DNA of 64,000 nucleotides from Octopus sinensis (GCF_006345805.1 NC_042999.1:8804001-8868000); one strand, 5' to 3'; numbered from the stretch's first letter, positions 12,030 to 25,128 are shown. Numbers and translations are program-made. Notes: generated by a model not told the origin, from the letters alone.

Positions 12030-13130
12030 CACCTTCCCATATTTTTACCCGTTTTCCGAGTGGTCTCTTCCGATCCCTAGAATATCACTCGACAGTTTCA
12101 CGAGTCCGCTTGTGCGAGGACTTTGCAACAAACTCGGTTCAGCGGAACATGTCCTTTTGTTATTCTGCGACCATACTTTTCACCACGCTCCGTTCTCAAA
12201 ATACCTCGTCTTCCATATGATTCTATAGTTGTATTCCTCGCACGAATCTTTCCATGGCCCACGGCGTGGTAATCAGTCGTCCTTATTCCTTCATTTTAGT
12301 AACCCACGTCTCGCTTGCGTCTAAAGAGAGGCGGTAGATCAGTGGTAGTATTGAAAAGGCGGTGAGCTGGCAGAAACGTTAGCACGCCGGGCGAAATGCT
12401 TAGCGGTATCTCGTCTGCCGCTACGTTCAGCTTTCATGTTGAGGTATATACTGAACGTGTCTATCCCAAGTAGAGACCTTCACCTCCTCCGTTTCATCAC
12501 TCAAGTTTTTACATTGTATGTATTTTGTTATTATAGAGCTTATTTTCAAGCCTACTGCTCAACTGTGGCATTCCAGCTTTGTCTCCATGCTCTGGAGCTG
12601 ATCTGAAGTTTGTAATGAGAACAATATCGTCCGCCAACCCTCGAATTGGAGATGTCAGAAGTGTGTTAGTAGCTCACTGTCGCTGTTGATGTCACCTTTC
12701 CAATCAATGGGACCCTAATGACTATTTTGAGAGATACAATAAAAAGATCCGGACGGTTAGTGTTTCCTTCTTTGACACCCTTTTAACTAGAAGCATTGTT
12801 AGGTATCTTATTGGCCCTGGTAATGGCGAACTTGATAGCTCAATAGTGTTGTAAGTCCTGATTTGGGACAGCGTGGCCCTCTCAAGTGGGAACTGTTGTT
12901 TGCCTAAACATGTAGGAGCAACGGTGGTTTCTTTGGTAGATTTTGAAGGAATTCGTCCATCCCAAAACCAAATGTCGTTGGAATGTTATGACGTTTTCTG
13001 TTTGTTCTCTTTCTTTCTTTCGCAATAATTTTGAACGAGGCAGAATATTTGAGGTAATAAAAATGGATCTTGAAGGTAGAATTTTATATGAATAAATGGC
13101 TACGATAAAACAAAATTTTCCATACTGTTG
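12030..13130 (-). mobile_element. Degenerate RTE-clade LINE RT fragment, interrupted by SINE B
   Basis: LADDIVLI (12614-12637) and DASETWV...WAMERF (12250-12321) motifs with stops and frameshifts. The upstream boundary is uncertain. Confidence 0.65.
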
Positions 13131-13764
13131 TCATCAAAGCCAAGTTTCTCAAACCGTGTGCTTAATAATTAAAGGCTACCGGTGTTGAACATTCTATGTT
13201 ATGCTCAATCTAACCGTGAATATCGCTTATTTCATCGTATCTTCTTTTATTATTATCATTATTTAGATAAGGCGGCGAGCTGGCGAAATGCGTTGCCGTA
13301 TTTCGTCTGCCGTTACGTTCTGAGTTCAAATTCCGCCGAGGTCGACTTTGCTTTTCATCCTTTCGGGGTCGATAAATTAAATAGCAGTTGCGTACTGGGG
13401 TCGATCTAATCAACTAGGCTCCCACAAAACAAAATTTCGGGTCTCGTGTCTAGAGTAGAAATGATTATTAATATTTATATGTTTCGGTCATTGAACTGTA
13501 GCCAAGATGGGGCACTAATTTTGAAGGGATATGTCGAACAAGTCGACCCCAGTATTTATATTTTGTAAGCCTGGTACTTATTTTAGCGTTCTTTTTCGTC
13601 GAACCGCTAAGTTGCAGGGACATAAACAAGCCAACATTAATTGTAAGGCAGCGTTGAGGGAATATACAAAGAACACACAGATATAGATATACATACATGC
13701 ATTCATACATAATACATACACACATACATAGACATATTCAGTCACACACACACACATATATATT

Positions 13765-14040
13765 TAGAAGGTTGAAAAGGAACATACGAGTTGATATATA
13801 CATATCGAATAAAAGTCAAGGTAGAAAATGCTAAAATAATTTTATAAAAACACGTTTCAGTACCGGTTTCGGTCATTGAGACTTTTTCAACTCTAAGTAT
13901 AGAAAACAATTAAATTTTGGAAAAATTAAATGAAAAGTATTTTAAAAGAATATTTCCATAGTATTTCAAATACAAGAGGCATTTTCGTTTTTTGCTGCCT
14001 CTCTCTGTCTCTCTTGTTTACTCTTGTGGGTTCGTGATCG
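13765..14040 (-). mobile_element. PLE pLTR remnant with degenerate U3-A8 hammerhead (13858-13893)
   Basis: Homologous to 58208-58420; minus strand reads TTGAAAA-AGTC.TCAAT.GACC-GAAA-CCGG-TA-CTG. Confidence 0.65.
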
Positions 14041-14686
14041 TCATATATATATATATACATACATATATACGACAGGCTTCTTTCAGTTGCCATCTACCAA
14101 ATCCACTCACAAGGCTTTGGTCGGCTTGAGGCTATAGCAGAAGACACTTACCCAAGATACCGCGTAGTGGGTTGAACCCATGACCACATGGTTGGAAAGT
14201 AGCTATTTTACCTCCACGGTCGCGCCTCTGCCAACATGTGGAATACGTTAGGTTAGCGGAACTACTTTCACTTTCGTCTACGTCAACTGAGGAGACAATT
14301 TATGCGCGCGACTTCAATGTAACCGAAGAGCCATCTATTAGAGAGCCTCGCAACTGGAGCTGTCAAGAGCGGTGAACTGTAATCCGCTACAGTCTCCATT
14401 GACACTTCAGCTTCGTGAGATAGATTGATATACTCAAGTGGATTAGTAACGGAGAACATTTGCTGTGACGGCGATAGCTCAGTCAGGTATTACAGCCAAG
14501 TGTGCTATACTCGTTCATCAATGATAAATGACAATTCAGATCGCCATTGATATCGATCTGTGACTCTGTGACGGCAAAGATATATATCGGGAACAGACAA
14601 ATGTCAACAGCTGTAAAATGTAAAAGAAGAATAAATATTAGGTTAGCGCATATTAGGTTAGTACATTATACACACATATGCACAAT

Positions 14687-14778
<92 letters not shown>

Positions 14779-14788
14779 CCTACCTATT

Positions 14789-14837
<49 letters not shown>

Positions 14838-14984
14838 GTATGTATATATATATATAGATATATATATATATTATATATTAGCGCTAAGCAGTGTTTCGAT
14901 ATAAGTTGAATTTAGATTAGTTGAAATGCGTTTGTGACATATTTCAATGATATAAGGCAAATACACTGCAGTTAGCGTGGTGGA

Positions 14985-15042
<58 letters not shown>

Positions 15043-15116
15043 CATACACACACACATGCATACATACATACATACATACATAATACATACAAAAGTACAT
15101 ACACACAAATACATGC

Positions 15117-15177
<61 letters not shown>

Positions 15178-15394
15178 TATGTACGTATGTAAGGAAAAAC
15201 ACGCGTTGTAGTTGACTTGAAGCATTGCAGTACAAAATTAGAAAATGAATGAAACGAGAAATAATGAAAGCTTCTAAAATTGTAGAAAGTATTTTGGGAG
15301 CAAAGGCCTATCTTCAGAAGAATACAGTCGAAGAAATATGTATTTACTTTAGATTTTGTTATCTTCAACATCTCAGTGTATGAATTAGCATTAA

Positions 15395-15851
15395 CTCTGG
15401 GTTCCCTCTGGCCAGAGGGTCGACAATGAGTACTTTGTGGAGGTTTTGAAGGAGTTCCTGGAAGAGACTTCGTTACAAAAAGCCAGAGAACCTTCACCAG
15501 TACCTTCCTTATTTCCATTCTGATAACCAATTACTCGGCAGGGATGGCCATCAAAACAGTCCCTCGCCCTCCCTAAAGTCTGGACCTTGTTCGTTGTGCC
15601 TTTTGGTTGTCCCCTACGCCGAAGGAGAACTTCAGGGGCAGCCAATTTGAAGATGAAGGAGGTTGTGACAAGAGTCCTGGACGCCTTCAGTTTGGAGAAC
15701 GTCCATGTGGCCTTCACGAAGTGGTTGGAGCGCTACAACAAGCGCATTGGAGTCAGGGGATCCTTCTCGGAAGGAGATGAGTGTTTAGATCTTCTTCAAA
15801 ATTAGTAAATGTCTCTACTGAAAAAGTCTCAAAACCTCTGCAATGCACCAG
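15395..15851 (+). mobile_element. Mariner transposase 3' remnant with right-end TIR
   Basis: WVPSGQRVDNEYFVEVLKEF...TVPRPP.SLDL...KEVVTRVLDAFSLENVHVAFTKWLERYNKRIGVRGSFSEGD* (frameshifted), ending ...CTCTGCAATGCACCAG|TA. Confidence 0.75.
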
Positions 15852-15876
15852 TATCATTTTCGGTACAAACCTGTTC

Positions 15877-16098
15877 TAAGTTAAGTTAAGTTAATTTTTT
15901 GGCTCAAAATCAAAAGCAAGGCCATGTAGGGGGGCATGGAGTTATGTACAGGGAGGGTGTTCATGCAAAGAGTTCAGGCCATTTCTGGTCAAGAGAGACT
16001 TTGAACCGAGCGGTCGACGGCATCTTCACTATCTCGTCCGGCAGCTTATTCCACGGATCCGCAACCCGGACGGAGAAAGCCCTTCTCCTTCGATTGAA
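15877..16098 (-). mobile_element. CR1-like LINE 3' end (second copy)
   Basis: Closely matches 2650-2870 and ends in a (TTAAC)-like tail. Confidence 0.85.
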
Positions 16099-16134
16099 TA
16101 TGAACGGATTATGTTTGATTCCATCCAATAGTCG

Positions 16135-16341
16135 CTACTTTTGTTGTTGTTGTTTTTGCTTTTGTTGTTGTTGTTGTAGCTGTTGGTGGTGGTGGTGGTG
16201 GTGGTGGTAATGGTGGTGGTGGTAGTGGTGGTGATAGTAGTTGTGGTGATGGTGTTGTTGTTATTGTTGTTGTTGTTGGTGGTGGTGGTGGTAATGGTGG
16301 TGGTGGTAGTGGTGGTGATGGTAGTTGTGGTGATGGTGTTG

Positions 16342-16377
<36 letters not shown>

Positions 16378-16380
16378 CGA
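16135..16380. repeat. (GTT)/(GGT) compound microsatellite with ~84-bp internal duplication
   Basis: Visible; the block GGTAATGGTGG...TTATTGTTG occurs twice. Confidence 0.9.
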
Positions 16381-16809
16381 CTGATGCTATTCTTGAAAGT
16401 ATTTCTTTGAGTGTTTCTGATATTAAAAAAAAATTATTTATTATTCATTTATCTTTATTTCCAACTTTTTTCCACAAAAATATCCAGTTTTGTGTCGTGC
16501 TAACTTTTTTGTCATTTTATATTTGTGCATTTGTATTGTTCAGTCACGTGACAGGTGTATGTTTTGGCAGCCATTTTGAATGTGACAATGCAATGCGTAG
16601 AAGTAAATGCATTTTGAAAGTTTGGGAAACGAAAATGTTTTCTTGCTTCTCTCCCTCCGCTGCCCGAGAATTGAGAGACGGCTTTCTTTAGTTGATTCCA
16701 GTCCATTTTGTCAGAATTACGAAAAAATAAAAAGCAGCAATTCCGAGTAGTTAAAGCAGTTACATGATAAAATGAAGTATAATCTATAAAACCTCTATAA
16801 AATCTCTTC

Positions 16810-17163
16810 TCTCACCCTCACCACCACCACCACCAACAACAGCAACAACAATAACAATAACAACTCCGCCATCACCATTCCACCACTAATAAAACTACTA
16901 CTACCAACAACAGCAACTTCCGCTATCATTACTACAATGATTAGCACAAACACCAACATCACCACCACCACCACCACTACCACCACCACCACCAAGAGCA
17001 AAGCAACACCAACAGCACCACCTTCCTGTCACCTTCATTTCTAACGTCAACGTCACCGCCGCTGTCGTCATCATCACCATCAGCCACATCATCCTCATCA
17101 CCACCAACACCGCCATTCTATCGCCCTCTCCATCACCGTCGTCGTTGTCATCATCATCACCAC

Positions 17164-17204
<41 letters not shown>

Positions 17205-17214
17205 CTACCACCAC

Positions 17215-17249
<35 letters not shown>

Positions 17250-17328
17250 CCATCATCATCACCATCATCATCTTCATCACCAGCATCGTCATCACCATCA
17301 CCATCATCATAATCATCATCACCATCAC

Positions 17329-17359
<31 letters not shown>

Positions 17360-17377
17360 TTCATCAACACCACCATC

Positions 17378-17409
<32 letters not shown>

Positions 17410-17448
17410 TATCACCACCATCGTCGTCATCATCATCATCACCATCAC

Positions 17449-17489
<41 letters not shown>

Positions 17490-17615
17490 CCATCACCATC
17501 ATCATCTTCATCAACACCATCATCATCATCATCATCATCATCATCATAATTGTCAGCATCACCTTCATCCCCCCTCCTCTTCCTCCTCATCATCATCATT
17601 GTCAGCAGCATCATC
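16810..17615. repeat. (CAC)/(CAT) trinucleotide field
   Basis: Visible; it produces the artefactual poly-D and poly-M ORFs. Confidence 0.95.
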
Positions 17616-18072
17616 TGCAATACTGTATCCTTATGAGGAAATTAAAAGCTTCATCATTCTTTTCTTTAAATTGCGGATTCTTGCTAAAGAAGAAGCAAAA
17701 CCGATAACAATTATACAGAAAGAAACAATTCCGAGAAACTAATCAACTGAACGCCCGCCTCTACAGAATCTTCCTTGCAACCAACGAGAAGATTTTTTGG
17801 TTGCCTTACGAGAAAAGAAAAAAGAAAAAAGCATAACCTAGTAATTTGATAACTTTGCAGGCCTTGACCTCGTTCTTTCCAAAGTAGCAAAGAGCGATTG
17901 CAAGTTGAAAGCCAGCTGATCACATTATACAAAGGAAGACAAGCTTATTGATTAGATTAGCTTAAAGTACATATGTACAGATACCGCTACCGCAGATATG
18001 GAGAAGGAGATACACATATAGATATATGCACAGACAAATTTCATTTTAAGACTGATGCTTATATATGTACAC

Positions 18073-18105
<33 letters not shown>

Positions 18106-18139
18106 TTCTATATTATGTAAGTACATACATACATACATA

Positions 18140-18570
18140 CATTTGTTTGTCCCCTCTATGTTTAGCCCCTTGTGAGCAATAAAGAAATAAGAAACGTTAG
18201 CACGCAGGGCGAAAGGTTTAGCGGTATTTCGTCTGCCGCTACGTTCTGAGTTAAAATTCCGCCGAGGTCGACTTTGCCTTTCATCCTTTCGGGGTAGATA
18301 AATTAAGTACCAGTTACGCACTTGGGTCGATATAATCGACTTAATCTGTCTGCCTGTCCTTGTTTGTCTCCTCTGTGTTTAGCCCCTTGTGGGTAGTAAA
18401 GAAATAGGTATTTCGTCTGCCGCTACGTTCTGAGTTCAAATTCCGCCGAGGTCGACTTTGCCTTTCATCCTTTCGAGGTCGATAAATTAAATACCAGTTA
18501 CGCACTGGGGTCGATTGAATCGGCTGACCCACTGACCAAAAATTTCGAGCTTTGTGCCTAGAGTAGAAAA
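18140..18570 (+). mobile_element. SINE B tandem (tail + two units)
   Basis: A tail fragment, a near-full unit, then a head-less unit joined at GAAATA|GGTATTTCG. Confidence 0.8.
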
Positions 18571-19199
18571 TAATATATTCTTTTATTTATTTACAGGAAA
18601 ATCATTCTCTAGAGAGATTTTATTGATCCAATTTTATTTCATATTTAGAATGAAATTGCGATTGTGCCTGAAACCTGTGAGATGTAACTATTGAAATGTT
18701 TCCATTTTGAATCAATTAGTAAATCATAGAATAACATACTTATTTATTTACGATAACATATTCCTGTCATCAGTTAAATAATTATTACGGAAACATTTAT
18801 CAAAAGAAAAACAAAAAAAACTATTACTCCATCATTTTCTCTCAGTATTTAAGCGATAATTCTTCTTCTGACATCTTTTGTCCGTTTCCAATATTATTGC
18901 TTCATGTGTCAAAATTGGGTAAATTTGTTGTGAAATTTTCATATTTTCGTTAGTAACAAAACGGGAAAACCAATAAACACTTTCTGCTAGAGATGTCAAA
19001 TAACTTCGAATATTTCTCTAATTTCTTTCCATTTCCTCGTTGATTGTTAATATTTAAAAATTCTTTTTATATTTTCAATGTTTGTTCAAATATTTGTTTA
19101 GTTCTTTAAGCGTTCCTCATTCCGTCGCTTAAAATATTAATCAAACTGATTTTTAAAATGGGATTTACAAATTGACAAAACGCTATCAGAAGATCTTAC

Positions 19200-19204
19200 C
19201 AGGC
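19200..19204 (-). other. Candidate 5-nt microexon (GCCTG)
   Basis: Minus strand reads TCCGTTTGTTTTTTTTCTCTAATCTTACAG|GCCTG|GTAAGAT: a strong polypyrimidine tract and acceptor followed directly by a consensus donor. No transcript evidence. Confidence 0.4.
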
Positions 19205-19884
19205 CTGTAAGATTAGAGAAAAAAAACAAACGGAGCAAGAGATGATTTTTAACACTGGTCCCGCCTTAATACTGACAATTTCAGACACAAAAGATGAGGA
19301 TAATGAATAACAAAAGAGCAGAGTTATGCACAAGCAGAGCGCGCATCCTGCTACTCATGCTAGATGCAGAGAGAATCTGACGAAAGACATAAAGCATAGC
19401 TCATCCATTTCTTCAAAAAATCCAAATATTTGATATAAAAAAAAGGGGTAATGGCTAGGGTGTTGTACCCACAATCGTGAGATTCAATTCCAGGAACTAG
19501 TGGTGCGTTACGTTCTTGAGGAACAGCTTATGGTTAAGATAACATTTCCTCTACTTGAAGCAACCGTACACACACGCGCCATCTTTTAAGGACGCAAAAA
19601 TTTAAGCCTAAACACCTAACAAACATTTTCCTATTCCTTGTTCCTTTTTTTCCTTTTTCCTTTCCTTTTTTCTCCTGTCAACCTTCGATCTCCTGTCGAT
19701 ATTCCTCTGGTAAAGTTCAAATCATTCTGATAATGTTTGTTATGTGGAACAAGATCAACGCAAGTTTACCTCAAAAATAACAAACTGAAACTGCTGTAAC
19801 CATAATTAAACTATGATCATTCAATACTAATGATCAATTCGAATTTTTACAGGTTGCTCCATTTTTATTATTATTATTATTATT

Positions 19885-20226
19885 GTCATCTACTTTTAAT
19901 CTGCATGTTTGATGCAATCACTTGCCGGGGCACACCCAGCGCCCTAGGGCAAGTGAAAGTTAAGAGTTGTTGAAATATAGCTGAAAGCTTGGGGAGGGGA
20001 AGTAGAGAAATATCTCCATATAATACAACACAAACATTTACATTGATAGGGTTTCTCTAAGGATGTGGGCAGTACTTGTTAGCACAATCTTTTGGATTTC
20101 CTTGAGACATGGTTCTCCAGGGATATTGTCTAAGTGTTTCTGACATCCCTTTTTTTATCATACCTAGGGCACCTTCAATAACAGGAGCAGTTTTTTGTTT
20201 TAAGAATCCTCATCTTTTGTATTTCG
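19885..20226 (-). mobile_element. R4/Dong-like non-LTR 3' fragment (lineage 2)
   Basis: EIQKMRILKTKTAPVIEGALGMIKKGCQKHLDNIPGEPCLKEIQKIVLTSTAHILRETLSM* plus 3' UTR, flanked by (TAT)n on both sides. Confidence 0.75.
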
Positions 20227-20250
20227 ATTATTATTATTATTATTATTATT

Positions 20251-20795
20251 CAGTAGTTTTATTTTTATAGCGTGCTTTCACTTCACTACCGAGCGCAGCT
20301 CTGTGTGCCTTGGGTATGTGCTGTGATTTGTTGTGATGCTCTGATGGTTATTGTATGGAAAGTGTTCTGCGTAGGATGTGTGCAGTGACTAGTAGTGCAA
20401 TTTTTTGTATGTTATATGTGTTTGTAAGTCCTGGTGTTTTTGTTATGTATTTGTCTGAGTATTTTTTTATCATGCCTAATGCACCTACTATGATAGGAAT
20501 TGTTTCTGTTTTCAGATTCCACATTCTAGTTACCTCTATTTCCAGGTCTTTGTATTTTGAGAGTTTCTCCATTTCTTTTAGAGACACGTTGTCATCAGCC
20601 GGTATTGATACATCAATTAGAAAGCATTTTTTTCTTCATGATCTCTGACAGCTATATCTGGTCTGTTGGCCTTAATTTCTCTATCTGTGTGTATCGGCAT
20701 ATCCCAGAGTATGGTTGCTTTCTCGTTTTCTGTGACCTTTTCTGGTGTGTGCCTATACCATCTTTTTTCTGTTGTTATTCCATAATGTTGGCATA
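20251..20795 (-). mobile_element. R4/Dong-like non-LTR 5'-truncated copy (lineage 1)
   Basis: ILWDMPIHTDREIKANRPDIAV...IDVSIPADDNVSLKEMEKLSKYKDLEIE...IIVGALG...TAHILRRTLSIQ*, a restriction-like endonuclease domain; flanked by (TAT)n. Confidence 0.9.
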
Positions 20796-21204
20796 TTATT
20801 ATTATTATTATTATTATTATGAAAACCACAAGTCTTGTAAAATATAGCAACCGAGGGATTTCTGATCGAAATATTAATCTATTTCGCCATTTTTCAAGCT
20901 GATGTCTTTATCCGTTTTTTTACTGATTGAGTGCTATCGTACTTGCAGAAGCCTTACTACACGGTGTATATATTTGTAAAGCCCCAGTTTCTTCATCATC
21001 AATAAATTCGCTCCTCCTCTCACCATAGAATCACATCATTATTAGATGTTCAGTTATTCTTAAAAGTGCTTTAGAATAACATTATGCTAACATCACACGC
21101 ACGCACGCACACAGACACTCACATCTATACACATACACACACACACATTTACATTAACAGACACATAGAAAGTGGTGTGCGTATTATAGTGCTGGTATCG
21201 TTGT

Positions 21205-22100
21205 AAAAGGAAGTGTATATATGTGTGTATATATGTGTATATGTATGTATATGTATGTATATGTATGTATATTTATATGTATGTATATTTATATGTATGT
21301 ATATGTATATGTACGTATATGTATGTATATGTGTGTATATGTATGTATATTTATATGTATTTATATGTATCTATATGTGTGTGTATATATATGTATATGT
21401 ATGTATATGTATGTTTATGTATATGTATATGTATATGTATGTATATGTATGTATATGTATATGTACGTATATGTATGTATATGTGTGTATATGTATGTAT
21501 ATTTATATGTATTTATATGTATGTATATGTATGTATATGTATGTATATGTATGTATATGTATGTATACGTATCTATATGTCTGTATATGTATGTATATGT
21601 ATGTATATGTGTGTATATGTATGTATATGTATTTATATGTATGTATGTATATGTCTGTATATGTATGTATATGAATATGTACGTATATGTATGTATATGT
21701 GTGTATATCTATGTATATGTATGTAATGTATATGTACGTATATGTATGTATATGTGTGTATATGTATGTATATTTATATGTATTATATGTATGTATATGT
21801 ATGTATATGTATGTATATGTATGTATATGTATGTATACGTATCTATATGTCTGTATATGTATGTATATGTATGTATATGTGTGTATATGTATGTATATGT
21901 ATTTATATGTATGTATATGTCTGTATATGTATGTATATGAATATGTACGTATATGTATGTATATGTGTGTATATCTATGTATATGTATGTATATGTAGGT
22001 ATAAGTCTGTATATGTATGTATATGTATGTATATGTACGTATATGTATGTATATGTATGTATATGCATGTATATTCATGTGTGTGTATGTGTATATGTGT
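21205..22100. repeat. (GTATAT/GTAT)-based complex minisatellite, ~900 bp
   Basis: Visible, with internally duplicated variant blocks. Confidence 0.95.
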
Positions 22101-22177
22101 GTTGATAAAGTAGTAGAGAGATTTTGCCTGTAAAACGAAGACGAAACCAAAAAAAAAAATAGAACAAAAATATAATT

Positions 22178-22917
22178 TTAAAAATAGACACAAAAAGAAA
22201 GAAGCAAAAATAAAATATCACCACGAGAGTAGATAATTACATCCGACAGCATACAGGGTAGCCGTTTACTCTTCACGTATGTAAGATGATAATCGATATT
22301 TTCCATTTTAAAATAAGGTTTCAGGACGTTATGTGTGAAACTTGTAAGTGCTCCTCTTCCGTCGTCGTTCTCTTCTACAGCGTTGCAGCTGTTCTTGTTG
22401 TTGTTGTCGTTGCTCGTGCTGCCACAGTTGCAGTTGTTGTTGTTGTTGTTGTTGTTGCAGCTCTTTCTATATTTTTCTATGATTTTTGTCATGTTGCTAT
22501 CGAAACTCTTGTTGCCAACGTACGAGTATTTATTCCTCGTGTTGTGTTATTTGCTACACTTGTTATTTGCTATTTTGCTATTTTGTAATTGTTGCTGCTG
22601 CTGCTGCTGTTGTTGTTGTTGTTAAGTAGCAAGACGGGTAAGGGTGATTAGGTGATGGTCTAGGGCTTAGGGGCCGGAGACCCCCAGACCTTGGAAAAAA
22701 AAACTTTGGTCGTCTTGTTGTAGTCGAGGGCTCTTCGTTGATGCTCGACACCGCTCGGAGGTGGCCCTCGAAGTCGCTGGAAATGGAAATCTCCAGGTCC
22801 AAACTCTTGGACGGCTGCTGCTGCTGCTTGTTGTTGTTGTTGTTGTTGTTGTTGTAGTTTTGTCTCAGTTTAGCCTTGAACATTATAGGCATTCCAATCG
22901 TAGAAAGAAGATAAAGT
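22178..22917 (-). pseudogene. Coding-like low-complexity segment (disrupted exon, pseudo-exon or assembly indels); product unknown
   Basis: Two open stretches (22917-22578 and 22546-22178) are separated by a frameshift and a TAA. 25 of 30 codons at 22814-22725 end in G/C. No homolog recognised. Confidence 0.35.
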
Positions 22918-23271
22918 AGGCCTCAGTCGACATGCTTGTTAACTCATAGCAGGAGCCGTTACAAACGCTGCTACTCAGGGTCAGAGTTGACTTGCGAACA
23001 ACAGTATTCAAGAAGTGGTTCCATACTGCTCAAAACCCTGGTACTTCTGAATCAGTGCTCTACATCATGACTGGAATATCTAGAACCACATCATTACATA
23101 ATGTATCTTTCCTTTTTAAAAACGACCGAACATGTCAACTAAGAGCTATCGGCTGTTTCTAGCAAATCTAGCCACATAATGGAGATCTTCCCATCGAGTC
23201 ATGTTTCTGGTTGTTGTTATGGTTATTGTTGGTAAGGATATCAGTTCCCTTTATTTTAAAGTAAGTATACA

Positions 23272-23409
23272 TTTGCTTGCTTACCAACCACAAGGTTCCG
23301 GGTTCATTCCCACTGTGTAGCACCTTGGGAAAGTGTCTTCTACTCTAGCCTCGGGCCGACCAAAGCCTTGTAAGTGGATTTAGTAGACGGAAACTGAAAG
23401 AAGCCTGTC

Positions 23410-23456
<47 letters not shown>

Positions 23457-23710
23457 GTGTGTGTGTGTATGTATGTGTGTATACTTTTGTGTGTCTGTGT
23501 TTGTCCCCCCAACATCGCTTGACAACCGATGATGGTGTTGTATTTACGTCCCCGCAACTTAGCGGTTCGGCAAAAAGGAAACCGATAGAATAAGTATTAG
23601 GCTTACAAAGAATACGTCCTGGGGTCGATTTGCTCGACTAAAGGCGGTGCTCCAGCATGGCCGCAGTCACATGACTGAAACAAGTAAAAGAGCAAAGAGT
23701 AAAGAGTAAT
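23272..23710 (+). mobile_element. SINE family C
   Basis: Head-truncated copy with internal (TA)n/(TG)n and tail ...GAAACAAGTAAAAGAG. Confidence 0.85.
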
Positions 23711-24521
23711 TCCTCCCGGCTTTTCTAAACCCAGTTCATGGGCCCCAGAAAATATCACCAAATTTTATGTACCTTCTGTAGCAAATCAAGACTCTATTTG
23801 CTTTAAGTATGAAATCTGTTTCTTGGCGGAACCGGATTTTTCCACGAGTAACTAAGATTTCTTTTACAAACGTTCTCCAAAATAAATTCTTAAATAGCTT
23901 GCTTGGATTGACGATGACTTCCGTTCAGCACCAACTCCACTTCAGTTTCCCCGAGAAACAAGTTACTCACACATCTCATTGTCAGCCTTCAGATAACTGA
24001 AGACGGAAATAGGAGAATATCCAGTGTCATGGTTACCGTCCTGCAGCAACAATGAGTCATCCACCATTTTACTGTCACGTGATGATCGCTTTGCAATGTC
24101 TATATGAAGCCTTTAACATTGGTCGAGCAAGCAACAATATGAAAAAAACATCAGCAACAACACCAGCGCAACTGACATTAACAACAACATCAACAACAAC
24201 GACAAAGATATCGACTCCACCAACTTTAACAATAAGATTAATGACACTACAAACACAATGATAAGATTTGCTCGTTTGACCGCGCTGCAGGCAGACGACC
24301 CCAGCGTTTGTTTGAGGTTAAAACGAGGCAATAAAAGACAGAAGGAATCGTAACGTTTCTTTTAGATTCAGAATAATTCTGTCAGCAATGTAACTGATCT
24401 TCATGATCAGAGGAGCGGTTTCATATAACATATCAAATATCAAGTTTATTTTATTCATCCATATTATTTACACATGAGTATGCTATGCACGCAGTTCTTT
24501 CTCTCTCTCTTTCTTTCTCTC

Positions 24522-24619
<98 letters not shown>

Positions 24620-24944
24620 ATATATATACATACATATATGTATTTATATATATGCGCATGAATGTATGCATGATATTAATCTAACCAAATACAAGTCCGT
24701 CACGGCTACCTGCAACTCATGCATTGAAGTTGGCAGAAAACGGGTAAACATTTGCATAAGTGATTACTTATGTGTGTAAACACACGCACACACACAAACA
24801 CGCACAAACACACGCACACACACAAACGAGCACCCAGGTACACATACACGCAAATATATACATATACATACATATATATATATAGATATATACATACACA
24901 CACGCATACATACACACGCACAGACACACACACACACACTCACT

Positions 24945-24982
<38 letters not shown>

Positions 24983-25097
24983 CACACATTGACATGAAGA
25001 TCTTATATAAATAAAAATATGTAATCTTTGCTGAACCCGGACGTGAAATGAAAAGTGTAAAACACTTGTAGAGAGGGTGAGAGAGAGAGAGAGAGGG

Positions 25098-25128
<31 letters not shown>

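Noticed and set aside
16901-17620. 239-aa Asp-rich ORF as an acidic biomineralisation-type protein
   Set aside because: It lies wholly within a (CAT/CAC)n field that is open in several frames; no unique flanking coding sequence or splice support.
24120-24355. Asn-rich plus-strand open frame (NISNNTSATDINNN...)
   Set aside because: Looks like a decayed (AAC)n tract; no start or splice context.
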